From NCBI GenBank assembly GCA_043228905.1, contig JBHGNT010000014.1:17794001-17858000 (forward strand): a stretch of 64,000 bases of DNA. The letters run 5' to 3'. Under the pieces are notes generated by a model. The model made no database searches and was not told the origin of the DNA. It saw nothing but the letters and a program-made list of their open reading frames with translations. Shown here one piece after another: positions 35,774 through 48,500 of this stretch; position 1 is the stretch's first letter; each line of letters starts with the position of its first letter. A program made the translations under genes and the position numbers. Source of the stretch: Azolla caroliniana. Its lineage: Eukaryota > Plantae > Polypodiophyta.

Positions 35774-36652
35774 GTCGGGTTCACCAAGATGTCGGGGTTG
35801 CTACGCCCTTGCGTGCAGAAAGGAGGAGGGACCACGGGGGTCTTGGACCGAAGAGCAAGAGAGAGAGAGGAGAAGGAGAGAGAGACCCGATTACACAGAA
35901 CCGAAGATTGCACAGGGACACGGCCCAACAAACAGAGATCACAAATAAACGCCGACGCAGATGGACGCAACAACGAAAGATATGTACTTATGAATGCAAG
36001 AAATTAACAGACTAAAGTATTACAACCCACGGTGGGGCACGGAATAGATACTAACGAAAACGTACAGGGCGTCGGTCAGATGCCGACCCCTGTATGACGC
36101 GACGCACAGAAAGGGAAAACAGGTCGGAGGTGCTGCAGGACGCACTCGGGGCGTTCCACGGAACAGCGCAAGCCTCCTCGAAACCTGCACAGGTACGCGA
36201 TGGAGCGGAAGACAGAGAAAGCAGGAGTGAGAGAGGAGCTTCGAAATCGGTTCGGCAGCACTTTTTCTCTCCGCGCGAGATCCCCCCCTTCTTCTATTCT
36301 TCCTCTTCCTTTTTATATCCCGTCAAGAGGCCGTTTGGCATTAACTGCATACCAACCGAATCTACCCACCTAGGATCCTCGTATGTACCTACTTCGTCCT
36401 TAGGTACTTCTTGGCGCGCGTGTGCGTGTAGAGCCGTTTTCCCACACCTTGTTCCTCCGATTCCCCTTGTGGGCGGTTTTCTTCACGACACCGGGTCTTC
36501 GTCATCCGGCTCCGTAGCCGGGGTCTTTATCATCCGGATCCGAAACTGGGTCTTCATCATCCGGTTCCGATACCGGGTACTCCTCATTCGGGTCTTCATT
36601 CCCGATTCCCGGACATCTGACCATCCCATCCGGAGGGACCGTAATCCCAACA

Positions 36653-39155
36653 GACCGGAAGGTAAAGCCAGTCGCGGCTCCCTTGTCGGAGGGCAGCTGG
36701 GAACGAATAAAGGGGGTTGCCACCAACCCCAGCTTGTGAGATCCGGCCGACATAGGACACCGTTTCACCGACAAAACATTGCGAGAGCTTAAGGTCGGTG
36801 GGGGTGGCTTCCTACTACCGGCGGAAGAGGACCGGCTTATGAGGATGCTTGAAAAGCACGGGAAAGCCATCGCATTCTCACCAGAAGAGATCGAGTGCGT
36901 CGACTTGACCGTGGTCGAACCGATGGTGATCTTTACAGTACCGCATGTGCCATGGAATCTCAAGCCGATCCAGGTACCAAGAGCTCATGTTCTGATGCTG
37001 ATGAAGCTTCTTAAGCAGAAAGTGAAGCTGGGCATTCTTGAACCATCGAGTGCCACGTACACTAACCGACGGCTTACGGTACCAAAGAAGAACGGTACGT
37101 TGTGCTTCATTCAGGACCTATAGCCGGTCAATAAAGTAACCATCCGCAATACGGGAGTCAGACCGTCGATTGATGAGTTTGCGGAAGCCTTCGCCGGGAG
37201 ATCCATATATTTGGTTGGAGATCTATTCTCGGGGTACGACCAATTCCAACTAGCCGTCAAAAGCAGGGACATCATGACGATGCAGACCCCTCTCGGTAAG
37301 GAGGGACCAACTCGGTGGCACACATGGTGAACGCAATGAACAAATTCCTGAGGGACTGCATCCCGGACATCACTATGTTGTTCCTGGATGATATCCCTAT
37401 AAAGGGGTGTCCGGAGGACACGAAGGATGAGTCGACCGGAGCAGACGGATGCCGAAGGTTTGTTACAGACCACATCTCCGACTGTGAGAAGATATTGCAG
37501 AGGCTTGAGGGCACTTGGCTTACCTTCTTCGGGGAGAAGTCGGCTTTCGGACAACCAGAGATCTTAGTGGTCGGCCACCTGTGCGGGCCATACGACCGGA
37601 AGCCATTCCCAGCAAAGGTAGAGCCCATCTCGACAATGAAGGAGGAGTGCAGATTCATCACGGAAGTCTGACGTTCCTTAGGAGCATGCGCCTTCTACCA
37701 CGTGCACATCGTTGAACCACTCTCCGGCTTTCTGAAGAAAATCAGGAAGTTCGAATGGGCCGAAGAACACACAGAGGCAGTTCAAAGGCTAAAATGAACG
37801 TTGACAACGGCGGTGGCTTTACGGAAAGTAGTGTACACACCGGACTCTCCGGTTTACATCACGGTGGACACCAGCTCAACCGTAATGAGCGCGCGACAGC
37901 GTGGATACGGCCAAGTCAAGTGCGAACTGTGGGGTATTGTTTCGGCGGTTAAGGTCGACAAGGACTACTTGATCGGGACAGAAGTAATTATAGAGACGGA
38001 CTGCCTACCGATTCTCGGTATGGTATCTGGATGTGCAACTCCTGACCTGGCCATGCTCAGATGGATTGTGTACATCAAGTCCCTAAACCCGGAAATACAA
38101 CACATCTCCGGAAAAGACAACGCCATGGACGATATGCTTTCTAGAGCAAGGTTTGAGAAGGAGGACGACATGGTATCAGAAGACGAAGAAGTCAGCGTGG
38201 ACATCTTCAAATCGGCAAGGATGAAGGTAAAGAGGCGGAGCACTCCGTCCTTAAACGAGTTCGACGAGGACGACTACAATGGGGAGTGGCTTCTAATCGG
38301 GATATTCCTAAAGAAGATTACGACAGACACCTCGTTCACTAGGGAGGAAGCGAGTCAACTCTGGAAGAAGGAGTATAGGTACTTCCTACGAAACGGGAAA
38401 ATCTGGAGGCATTCGAAGAAGCAGAATGACGCGCCACTCCGGGTAATAGCACGAGTGGAGGATCAAGAGAGACTGATATCAGAGTTTCACGAAAGCCCTT
38501 GGTCCGAGCACCGGGGTACATGGGCCACGTTTAAGAAGCTAAAGGAGAAATATTGGTGGCCAGGTATATATAAGGGTGTGCACGACTTTGTGTCAACATG
38601 CGAATGTGCCAAATGCACTTAGTGGTTCCTCACTTCGATGAGCTGCACCCAACATACCCACCGGCCGTACAATTCAAATGGATGGTCGACTTGGTAATGA
38701 TGCCGATGGGAGAAGGCCAGATGCGATACCTAGTGCTAGCAAGGGAAGATCTGGCGAACCAGGTGGAGGGCCAAGCAATGACAAACAAGACCACCACGGT
38801 CATATGCAAATTTTTGATCGAAGATGTCACATGCCGATACGGGTGCGTAGGAAAGATTGTGGCTGATCGAGGAGAGTTGGATGCGGAGTTGGCCGAGGAA
38901 CTGTTCGACCGGTTAGGCGTGAGGCTGTCTATCACAATGGCATACAACCCTGAAGTGCACGAGAAGATTGAGGGGGGCTATGGTCGGATCGTAAAGGCCA
39001 TTGTACGCGCGTGCGAAGGACGAGTCAGCGACTGGCCGAGGCTACTCCCTTACGCGTTATGGGTGGATAGGACTACCCACAATTCAATGACAGGGTACAT
39101 GCCAACGGAACTCATGTTCGGGCAGAAACCCATCATGCCGGTGGAACAGACAATC
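36653..39155 (+). pseudogene. Gypsy G pol (RT, RNase H, integrase), degenerate
   Basis: KVGGGGFLLPAEEDR, MLFLDDIPIKG, IIETDCLPILG and FKWMVDLV match B pol. Confidence 0.9.
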
Positions 39156-39507
39156 TATCAAGATTCGAACTCTTGACACGACCATGTTATAATATAGTAT
39201 CATGGGTTAACCAATATATCTAGTACACAATTATGTATGTAATTGGTCCTTATTGTTTTGCTAGCATCATGTGCATAGTTGCTCCCTTGTAGTATTTACA
39301 TTTGGCACATGCATGCATACCTACATGCTCTATTGTAGATTCACATGCGTGCAACAAGTATGCATGCCATGTAGTATAAATAGAGGAGTTCACCTTGAAG
39401 GAATTCAAGGTGAACAACATCAGTTATGGAGTCTTTCCGTTAATACTACTCATCCATTTGTCTATCATCTTTCTTGTCTCTTGAGCTTATGATCTATCCA
39501 TGACAGT

Positions 39508-39518
39508 TTGTTCACCTT
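39508..39518 (+). promoter_or_regulatory. Self-priming PBS TTGTTCACCTT
   Basis: Perfect 11-nt complement of AAGGTGAACAA at 39407-39417, which lies 32 nt after TATAAATA (39375). Confidence 0.85.
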
Positions 39519-39555
39519 CCCATCCTCATATCTCTCCCTCTCATAAGCCATAGTT

Positions 39556-42500
39556 ATGTCTGACTCAACTAGTGAGTAAGGCCAAATAATGGTAGCCTTA
39601 CGACAACTCCAACTTGAAAATGAAGCTCTTTGAAATTCTTTACAAGAACTTCAAGTCGGTGCCTCCCTATCCTCACAACACCCAAAGCCTAGTCTCCCAT
39701 AGCAACCTAGCCTAGAGCTCGATCTTCTACCAACATCTAGCCTAGCTTCGTCACATTTTCTTGAGCCTAAGGTTAGCCTCCCAGAAAAATTTGATGGAAC
39801 GAGGTCGCGTTTCCGAGGGTTCATCAACCAAGTTCGACTTATCATTCGGCTACAACCTCAACGTTATGGAGATGGTCTTCGACAAGTCGGCCTTGTGGGC
39901 ACCCTTCTCTCCGGTTCGGCCCAAGCTTGGTTTGCACCATTGGTAGAAACCTCTTCACCTCTATTGGAGAACTTTCCCGCCTTCCTCGTCGAGTTAGAGG
40001 CCACATTTGGAGAGACGGACCGACGACATACAACTCTTAACAAGATTTATGCACTTGAACAAGGTTCACGTGCAGCTTTGGTCTATGCTTCAAAATTTCG
40101 ACAACTAGCATGCGACATCAATTGGGATGATCAAGCTTTAGTTGATCACTTTCGGTGCGGCCTTCGAAGCAATGTCAAGAATCTTCTCTTAAACTTTCCG
40201 GATCCCACCTCGTTATCCCAAGCGATTTCACAAGTAGTCCATTGTGACAATCGTCTATTCGAATTTCGCTAGGAAGAGCGTCGAACTTGGGTTCCACCTC
40301 ATTCACTTCCATGACACGCCCCGGTCATACAACCCCAACCATCCCCCCCACCAACTGCGTCACACTCCCCTACTTTGGCAGATGCTCCTCTCCCCATGGA
40401 AATTGATCAAGCCTGATTTCGGCCATTGATTGATGCCGAACAACAATTTCGGTAGGCTAATGGCTTGTGCATGTATTGTGGCACCTCTGGTCATGTCCTA
40501 GGAGTAATCGCCCACAATTCCATTGAGTTAACATACCCCGACATCCGGAAAACGACATCGTTCGGTTGCAGTAGGAGCCATGCAACTGGACATCTCCCCT
40601 CGCCCACATTCTCTTGGTTCCATTGCCGGACCATCAGGCAATTTCACATTGGAGGTATGGCTTCATTTAACTCTAGTTCCATTCAGTCTGTTGCTTTACT
40701 TGATTCTGGGGCATCTTCTTGCTTCATCGACATCGCATTTGCCCAAGCACATGGTGTACCTGTCGTTGGCCTCTCAAAACCCATTCTTGTTGAAGCCATC
40801 GACGGGTGCGTCCTCTCGTCAGGTGCAATTACTCAAGCTACAATCCCATTAGGGCTTTGTGTGGGCTCACACTAGGAGGAGCTCACCTTTTACCTCATCA
40901 CATCTCGTCAACATCTGATCGTCTTAGGATTAACGTGGTTGGAGGCGCACAATCCAATAGTGGATTTGTGCAACTGCTCGATCACATTTAGCAAGCTAGG
41001 ATGCTCGTGCAAAAGTATGAAGGTAAATTCAGTTTCCCATCCTTCGGAGAAGGTCGATTCCGATTTGACTACCCCATCATCGGTCCAGGATGGGTTTGTT
41101 GGTGGCGTCGTTTCTAACACACTCCATGTTATTCCCGACAAATACCAACACTTCTCCGACGTATTTGAAAAATGTAATGTTGATCGTTTGCCTAAACACC
41201 GGCTCTACGACTGTCCGATTGATCTTCAAGAAGGTGTGTGTCCACCCTTTGGTCCTCTATATGCGTTGTCTGCACCAGAGTTGAAGGCCCTTCATGTGTA
41301 TCTCGATGAGAACCTCGAGAAAGGATTTATTCAACCTTCTAAGTCACCAGCCAGGGCCCCCATTTTATTTGTGAAGAAGAAGGACGGCTCTCTACGCTTA
41401 TGCGTTGACTACCGAGGTCTCAACAAACTCACTGTGCGCAACCGCTATCCGCTACCTCTAATCCCCGAACTCCTTGATCGGCTCCGAGTTGCGCGTGTCT
41501 TCTCCAAAGTTGATTTGCGTGGAGCGTACAATCTAGTTTGCATCAAGCCGGGGGATGAATGGAAAACCGCATTTCGAACACGGTATGGGCATTTCGAATA
41601 CAAGGTAATGCATCAAGCCGGGGGATGAATGGAAAACCGCATTTCGAACACGGTATGGGCATTTCGAATACAAGGTAATGCCTTTTGGTCTTACTAACAC
41701 TCCAACAGTTTTTCAACATATGATGAATGATATATTCCGGGAATATCTTGATCATTTTGTTGTCATTTACCCCGATGATATTTTCATTTTCTCGCCAAAC
41801 ATGGAGGAGCACACTCGCCAAGTCCGATTAGTTCTTGCCAAACTTCGCGAGCATGGCCTTTATGCCAAAGGCGAGAAATGCGAGTTCGACCGTACCTCGA
41901 TCAAATTTCTGGGCTACATCATCTCGCCCACTGGCATCACCATGGATATGAAGAAGGTCTCTGTCATTCAAGCCTGGGTGACTCCAAGGCGACTTAAAGA
42001 TGTGCAATCCTTCCTCGGCTTCGCGAATTTTTACCGTCCCTTCATCAAGGGGTTTTCCACCCTAGCACAACCTCTTATCGCTCTCACCCATAAAGGCACT
42101 CCATTTTTATGGACCTCGGAGGCGCAAATTGCGTTCGACTCACTCAAACACGCATTCATCATTGCCCCGGTGTTGCTACATGCCGACCCCACAAAACCCT
42201 TCCAAGTCGAAACCGATGCCTCTGACTTCGCCATTGGTGCCATCTTATCCCAGGCAGACGACACCAACTTAATGCACCCAGTGGCTTAATACTCCCGGAA
42301 ATTCACGGCATCCGAAATCAATTATCCCATATACGATAAGGAGCTTGCTGATATCAATGCTGCCTTTGAAGAATGGCGACCCTACTTGGCCGGCGCACAA
42401 CATCATGTCCAGGTACTGATTGATCATAAAAATTTAGTTTATTTTTCCACCACTCGTACTTTGAATCGAAGGCAAGCCTGTTGGTCGACATTTCTCGCCG

Positions 42501-43246
42501 ACTACGATTTTGAGATCGTATTTCGACCTGGTGACCAACATGGGAAGGCCGATGCCCTTTCTCGCCAAGCTGACCTTGCACTCCGCCCTGGGGATGCTAC
42601 TTATGCTCAACAATCTAGACGTTTGTTGAAACCCGACCAATTGCATCTTTTTGCCACTTGTATGTTGCAGGATGATTCATTACTTCAATAGATCACTGAT
42701 GCATCCAAGACCGATGCGTTTGCCAACGAGATTCGAGATAGTCTGCAAAACCCCTCCAAGGTGACCAAAATGAAGGATCTAATCACCTTCACCATACAAG
42801 AGGGTTTGTTGTTCCGAGATCATCCCTTATACGTCCTAGAGGGCCCATGTCGCACCCGAGTGTTGCGGGAATGCCACGATGACCCACTTGCAGGTCATTT
42901 CGGGGTCGCGAAAACCCTTGAGCTAATCTCTCGGGGGTATTGGTGGCCACAACCATGGAAGTTGGTCAAAGAATAGATAAAGAGTTGTGAGGTTTGTGCT
43001 CGCTCCAAAGCCATTCATCATCGGCCATACGGCTTACTACAGCCGCTTCCATGTCCTCGTCGTCCCTGGGCCTCTATCTCTATGGACCTTATAACTGATC
43101 TACCCTTGGTCAATAGCTATGACTCGGTGTTGGTCGTTGTTGATCGGTTTACAAAGATGGCTCACTTCACTCCATGCTCCAAAACCATTTCCGGAGAAGG
43201 AATGGTGCATCTACTACTCAACAATGTGGTATGCTTGCATGGACTC
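39556..43246 (+). pseudogene. Chromovirus I gag, protease, RT, RNase H and integrase N-terminal part
   Basis: [67 protein letters not shown]. Confidence 0.9.
41539..41678 (+). repeat. 70-bp tandem duplication in chromovirus RT
   Basis: TGCATCAAGCCGGGGGATGAATGG...CAAGGTAA occurs at 41539 and 41609. Confidence 0.92.
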
Positions 43247-43715
43247 TGTTACCCGGACCCGGACAGTCAATTTTTACCGAACAAGTGGGAAAGCGTCGAA
43301 AACGGAGTCGGTTCGGATCGACTGTTCGGATCAATGACTCAGCAGTAAACGAAGAGAACTAAGTTAGTTAGATAATTTTGTAATTCTTGATAGTAAGTAG
43401 GAATAGTTCTTGATGAGAAAAGACCTTCGATATACCTATAAAAGGGAACCGAAGGCATTGTAAGAAAGGTCGTTTTATTTAGTAATATAAGTTTAAGTTA
43501 GGAATATCCTGTACGGATTCTGTGGTCTTCCTATTGTCTATGTTGTTAAGAGCAAGCTTCCTAATTTATATCTAAGTAACGATCACGGTAATTACCGATT
43601 AATATAGTATAATTCTGTTCGTAAAACACAATTCCTTGTTAGAACGTTGAGTAGCGACGTTCACTCTTCTGTATCGGTAGTAGTTAGTAATTAGCCGATT
43701 AACACAGAAGAATTT

Positions 43716-43728
43716 TGGCACGCCCGGT
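43716..43728 (+). promoter_or_regulatory. Primer-binding site, tRNA-Arg
   Basis: TGGCACGCCCGGT is complementary to the plant tRNA-Arg(UCU) 3' end ...ACCGGGCGTGCCA (recalled sequence). It starts after an 11-nt spacer from the LTR. Confidence 0.8.
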
Positions 43729-43763
43729 TACATCTGCAATTAAGCAGAGAACAAATCGAATGG

Positions 43764-45560
43764 ATGTCGTATAAAGAGGAGACACCGGTCACTTGTCAGC
43801 GCCCTTGTACAAGGTCAGTTACGAAGGCAGTGCAGGAAGCGTTCATTGCGCAAGAACAGCCGGAATCAAGCACAAAGTGGTCGAAACTTCCTGACTTATC
43901 CGATCAATTACCTTCAGACGAAAAACAGACAGAAGAGGTATCGTTTTACGACATTTGGGACGATATGCCTTATACTTATTCTAAGTTCCGGGAAGGAACA
44001 GATGCGGAAGCACATGTTAGGGATTTCTTAACGACATGGGAGATTAACCATGGAGCTCAGCGATTGTCGGCAGATGCCGAAGATAAGTCAAAAATCGCTG
44101 AGTTCGTCTTATCATTAGACGGATATTCTGCCAATTGGTTTGCGCAGAACGGTCTTCAAGGATTTCCATCCTTTGAAGTGTTAACTAGTAAATTTTTACA
44201 ATTATTTCATCAACAAATTCCGCAGAAGGATTTGATTGCGCAATTTTATGCGTTATATCAAGAAAAAAATGAAACAGTATCTCAGTTTGTGATACGATTT
44301 CAGAACTTACAGCTTCAGATTTCAAGGCCGATTCCGGATAATGAATTAAAAGAAGTCTTTCTGGAAGCTGTAAAAGAACCATTAAGGACGACATTGAAAG
44401 TGTTCGATTTTCGAAATCAGACTATCGAACAAGTAATTGATAAAGCAATAGAAATGGGTCGACCACCGGTCAATGTTCAGAGTATGGACATGTTGGCATT
44501 ACACCGTACATTACCGACAATAGAGGAGTTACAATTTCGACAAGCAGTTCAATGCACCACTTGTTTAAATACGGGGCATTCGGCAATTGAATGTACGTTA
44601 AGAACACATTGTACAATATGTCATTCAAAATTACATTCAATAGAACAATGTGAATATAATCTGCTTAATAAGACTACGGCGTCAGTACGACAAATTTTTA
44701 CTGACAATGGTTACCAAAATAACACTAATCTGTTCAATGGTTATCAAAATAATAATTTTTCACAAAATCAGCAAAATGTACAACAAAATCCGGTTCTACA
44801 GCCAAATCAGATCTTTTCACAACAAAATATGCAACCCACTCAGGTGACTCAAGCATTTCAACCAGGTTTTGCTCAATCCAACCCACCATTCGTACAGAAT
44901 CCGAATCAATATTTTCAACAAAATAATCAAAGTTTCCAACAAGGTAACCCACCATTTCAAGGGTTTCAACAGAATTATCTGAATGTGCAACCGAATTCTA
45001 CATTTCAACCAAATCCGGCATTTCAACCGGGTAATATGACCTTTCAACATAATACTCAAACCGTTCCACAAAATAATCAAATGTTTCAACCGAATAATTT
45101 TCCGCCAAATCAGGAGTTCGGGATAACACAAAATGTAGCACAACCAAATGATAATACTGAACAATTTCGGCAGAATCGGTATAAAAACAAGAGATTTTAC
45201 AAACCAAAAGCTACACGTCAATACCAACAAAACCCGAGTGGTAATGAAGAGCAGCAATTTAATAACGGCCAATTTGCACATGGAGAGACCAGTGCAACAT
45301 TTGTACCCACTTGTTATATTTGTCGACAACTAGGCCATTATGCTAATCAATGTCCGGTTAAAGGAAAGGGTCCAGCAGTTAATATGGTAATACCGGAAGT
45401 TCAGCAAGTAACGACACGCAGCAAAAGCAAACAATCAGAGTGGGAAATTCAGGAAGAAGTTCGGAAGGCGGCAAAAGAATGGGTGGACGAAGCAAATCAA
45501 AGTAATGTGAATCGAATGTTACAAGACAATAACATTGACCAGAACATCGTTGTACAATAG
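43764..45560 (+). CDS. Element E Gag (598 aa) with three Zn knuckles and a Q/N-rich tract
   Basis: Retrotransposon gag region (QEKNETVSQFVIRF); CTTCLNTGHSAIEC, CTICHSKLHSIEQC, CYICRQLGHYANQC. Confidence 0.9.
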   Translation: MSYKEETPVTCQRPCTRSVTKAVQEAFIAQEQPESSTKWSKLPDLSDQLPSDEKQTEEVSFYDIWDDMPYTYSKFREGTDAEAHVRDFLTTWEINHGAQRLSADAEDKSKIAEFVLSLDGYSANWFAQNGLQGFPSFEVLTSKFLQLFHQQIPQKDLIAQFYALYQEKNETVSQFVIRFQNLQLQISRPIPDNELKEVFLEAVKEPLRTTLKVFDFRNQTIEQVIDKAIEMGRPPVNVQSMDMLALHRTLPTIEELQFRQAVQCTTCLNTGHSAIECTLRTHCTICHSKLHSIEQCEYNLLNKTTASVRQIFTDNGYQNNTNLFNGYQNNNFSQNQQNVQQNPVLQPNQIFSQQNMQPTQVTQAFQPGFAQSNPPFVQNPNQYFQQNNQSFQQGNPPFQGFQQNYLNVQPNSTFQPNPAFQPGNMTFQHNTQTVPQNNQMFQPNNFPPNQEFGITQNVAQPNDNTEQFRQNRYKNKRFYKPKATRQYQQNPSGNEEQQFNNGQFAHGETSATFVPTCYICRQLGHYANQCPVKGKGPAVNMVIPEVQQVTTRSKSKQSEWEIQEEVRKAAKEWVDEANQSNVNRMLQDNNIDQNIVVQ

Positions 45561-48500
45561 TCATTGGGGAATAAGGAACAGGAAGAAACTTGGAAACTGT
45601 TGGCTGATTGCCAAGTGTCATTACCACTTACGGGCTTACTTAAGTTAGTACCAAGGTTTACAGAAAAAGTGGCAGCATTAATTGCATATAAAGGTTCCGA
45701 ACAAATAGCAGTACACTACAATCAGCCAAGTAATAACCCTTCGATCATGGATGAACAGAATCCGTCGATTAAGGTAATACTTTACGGGCAAGAAATCGGA
45801 AATGTGATTATAGATGGAGGCTCGGGTGTTAATGTGATTAACAAAACTACATGTGAAAAACTGGGAATCACGGAATGGGAAGCATGTCCGTTTTGGTTAC
45901 GAATGGCAGATACAAGTACGGTACGACCGATTGGTTTGCTTCGACAACTGGATGTAATAATCGGGGGACACAGTTTTCAGATTTCGGCAATAATTTTGCA
46001 GTTAGAAACACAGGGAGCATACTCCTTGTTATTGGGGAGACCATGGTTAAAGACAGCTAATATTAAACAAAATTGGAAACAAAATGTGCTAACATTTAGG
46101 AAAGGAAAAACTGAGGTCAGGATTCCAACGCACAACAAAGTGACAACAAGCAAACAGAGTTTACCTGTACATGCAGAAGCAGTTAATATGATGGAAGGAT
46201 TGGACGAGGAAGAAGAAAGTCAGTATTTCGATGATAATCAGAAAATCATCCCTCTATTTGAGGTAGATATTTTGCAAGCATTAACACCATATGTAGACTC
46301 ACACGAAGAAATGCCAATAGATGAGCAAACAATGAAAGAAATACGAATGCAACAAGAAGCTACAGATAAGGAAATGAAGGTATCTCAGAGAGTGCAAGCC
46401 TCAACATTGGAGGAGATCGATTTGGCAGGAGTAGAGGATGCTGAAAGAAAAACAATCTTGATTGCTAGAGACTTGGCGGAAAATGACAAACGGACATTAA
46501 CAACATTACTATTACAATATAAAGATGTTTTTGCATGGTCGTTTGACGATATGAAAGGTCTGGATCCCGTTTTTTGTCAACATCAAATCAATTTGCATAA
46601 AGATGCAAAGCCAGTACAACAACACAGGTACAGGTTGAATCCGAATTATGCTATCAAAGTAAAAGAAGAAATCGATAAACTCTTAAAAGTAGGATTTATT
46701 CGACCCGTCAAAAAATCAACATGGCTGAGTCCGATAGTAGTAGTCCCGAAAAAGAATGGGAAAATTCGCGTATGTGTGGATTACAGAAAATTGAATGCAG
46801 CGACAATTACGGATGCGTTTCCGTTGCCATTCACAGATGGGATATTAGATGCAGTAGCGGGACATGAAATTTATAGTTTCTTGGATGGGTTCAGTGGGTA
46901 CAACCAAGTACGGATGAATCCGGAAGATCAGGAAAAGACAGCTTTCGTCACAAAATGGGGTGTCTTTGTGGCAGTAGTAATGATGTTCGGTTTAAAAACA
47001 GCTCCAGCTACATTTCAGCGGGTAATACAGGAAATATTCGGGGAATATATTCCAGCTTTCATGCAGGTGTTTTTAGATGATTTTGCAGTATATAGTCGGA
47101 AAGCTGATCATTTTGAGCATTTACGGCTATGTTTAGAAAAATGTCGAAAAGGGCGTCTTAGCTTAAATCCAGCCAAATGCGCATTCGGAGTAATGAGTGG
47201 TACGTTACTTGGGCATATTGTTAGTCAAGAAGGGATTGCAGTAGACCCAGACAAAGTTAAAGCAATTATTGAGGCAACACCACCAACAAATGCTAAAGCT
47301 CTAAGTAGATTTTTGGGTCAAATTTGGTGGCACAGTAGAATGATGAGATATCTAGCAGACATTGCTATTCCGTTACACACAGCAGTACACAAAGTTCCTT
47401 TTATATGGACAAGTATAGAACAAGATGCATACGAATGTCTCAAGAAGATGCTGACGAAGGTTCCGGTAGTTCAACCACCGGACTGGAACAAACCATTTCA
47501 TGTTTTCGTCGATGCGTCGGACATTGCCATAGGCAGTGCTTTAATGCAATTATCCGAACCAAACTGGTATAGGCCGGTATACTATGCCAGTAGGAAACTT
47601 TCGTCGGCCGAAAGAAACTATTCAACAACCGAAAGAGAAGCTTTGGGAATGATATATAGTGTGAACAAATTTCGACATTACCTTTTGGGTAAGAAATTTA
47701 CATTTCATGTGGATCATTCGGCTCTACTGTATCTAGTTTCCAAACAAGAATTGACAGGCAAGTTAGCCAGATGGACGTTATTGCTTCAAGAGTTTGAATT
47801 CGACATTATACATCGACCAGGAGCACAGCACGCGATTGCTGACTATCTCAGTCGGCTTGAGTCTGGAGAAGAAGCGGTTGGGGTTAAAGATGATTTTCCA
47901 GATACTCAATTATTTCGGGTTGAGGCAGTAAAAGCACAAGAAGTGAATGAGGAAAAAGAGGATGAATGGATTTCCGAAATGACGATATTTCTATCAACAG
48001 GAATTCCGGCCGAACACATGTCAACAGATGAAAGAAAAAGAATTGCAGTACGAAGTCGGAATTTTTGTTTATTTAATGACATGTTGTATCATAAAGGAGC
48101 GGATGGAATATGGCGAAGGGCAGTACGGAAATTTGAAAAATCAGCCATATTAACAAAGTCACATTGTGGAATTGCTGGTGGTCATTACGCAGGAGAAGCA
48201 ACAGCCAGAAAAATATGGAATAGCGGGTTATGGTGGCCAACGGTGATGAAAGATGCTAACGAATACTGTAAGAAATGCGATTTGTGTCAAAGAATGGGGC
48301 AACCAACCGAAAAGGATCGAATGCCTTTTCAACCGGTTTTACCTCTTGAGCCATTTCAGAAATGGGGCTTAGATTTTGTTGGCCCATTCAAACCAGCAGC
48401 TGCAAGAACCGGTAATCGATATATCATTATTGCGACTGACTATTGCACAAAATGGGTTGAAGCAAAAGCTCTCAGGGACAATACAGCAGCATCCACAGCA

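Larger units (their letters stand above)
29358..36490 (-). mobile_element. Very young Gypsy element B (tRNA-Trp primed, non-chromovirus)
   Basis: 701-bp LTRs at 35790-36490 and 29358-30058 look identical. 4-bp TSD CCGG, 18-nt PBS at 35769-35786, PPT GGTGGGGGCGGA beside 30059. Confidence 0.96.
25452..36652 (-). mobile_element. Copia A' (A-related, internally deleted)
   Basis: 3' LTR at 25452-25997, 5' LTR at 28915-36652 (split by Gypsy B), TSD GACCG, PBS (iMet) at 28900-28911, PPT beside 25998. Confidence 0.93.

Noticed and set aside
30212-36007. Many long plus-strand ORFs opposite B gag-pol (likewise opposite A and A')
   Set aside because: They are antisense shadows of GC-rich coding sequence with no recognisable motifs.
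45555-45570. In-frame TAG between gag and pol of element E as programmed readthrough
   Set aside because: The context CAA TAG TCA TTG lacks the CARYYA motif, and a second in-frame stop at 48522 shows ordinary decay. A CAG>TAG change is simpler, but sister copies are needed to settle it.
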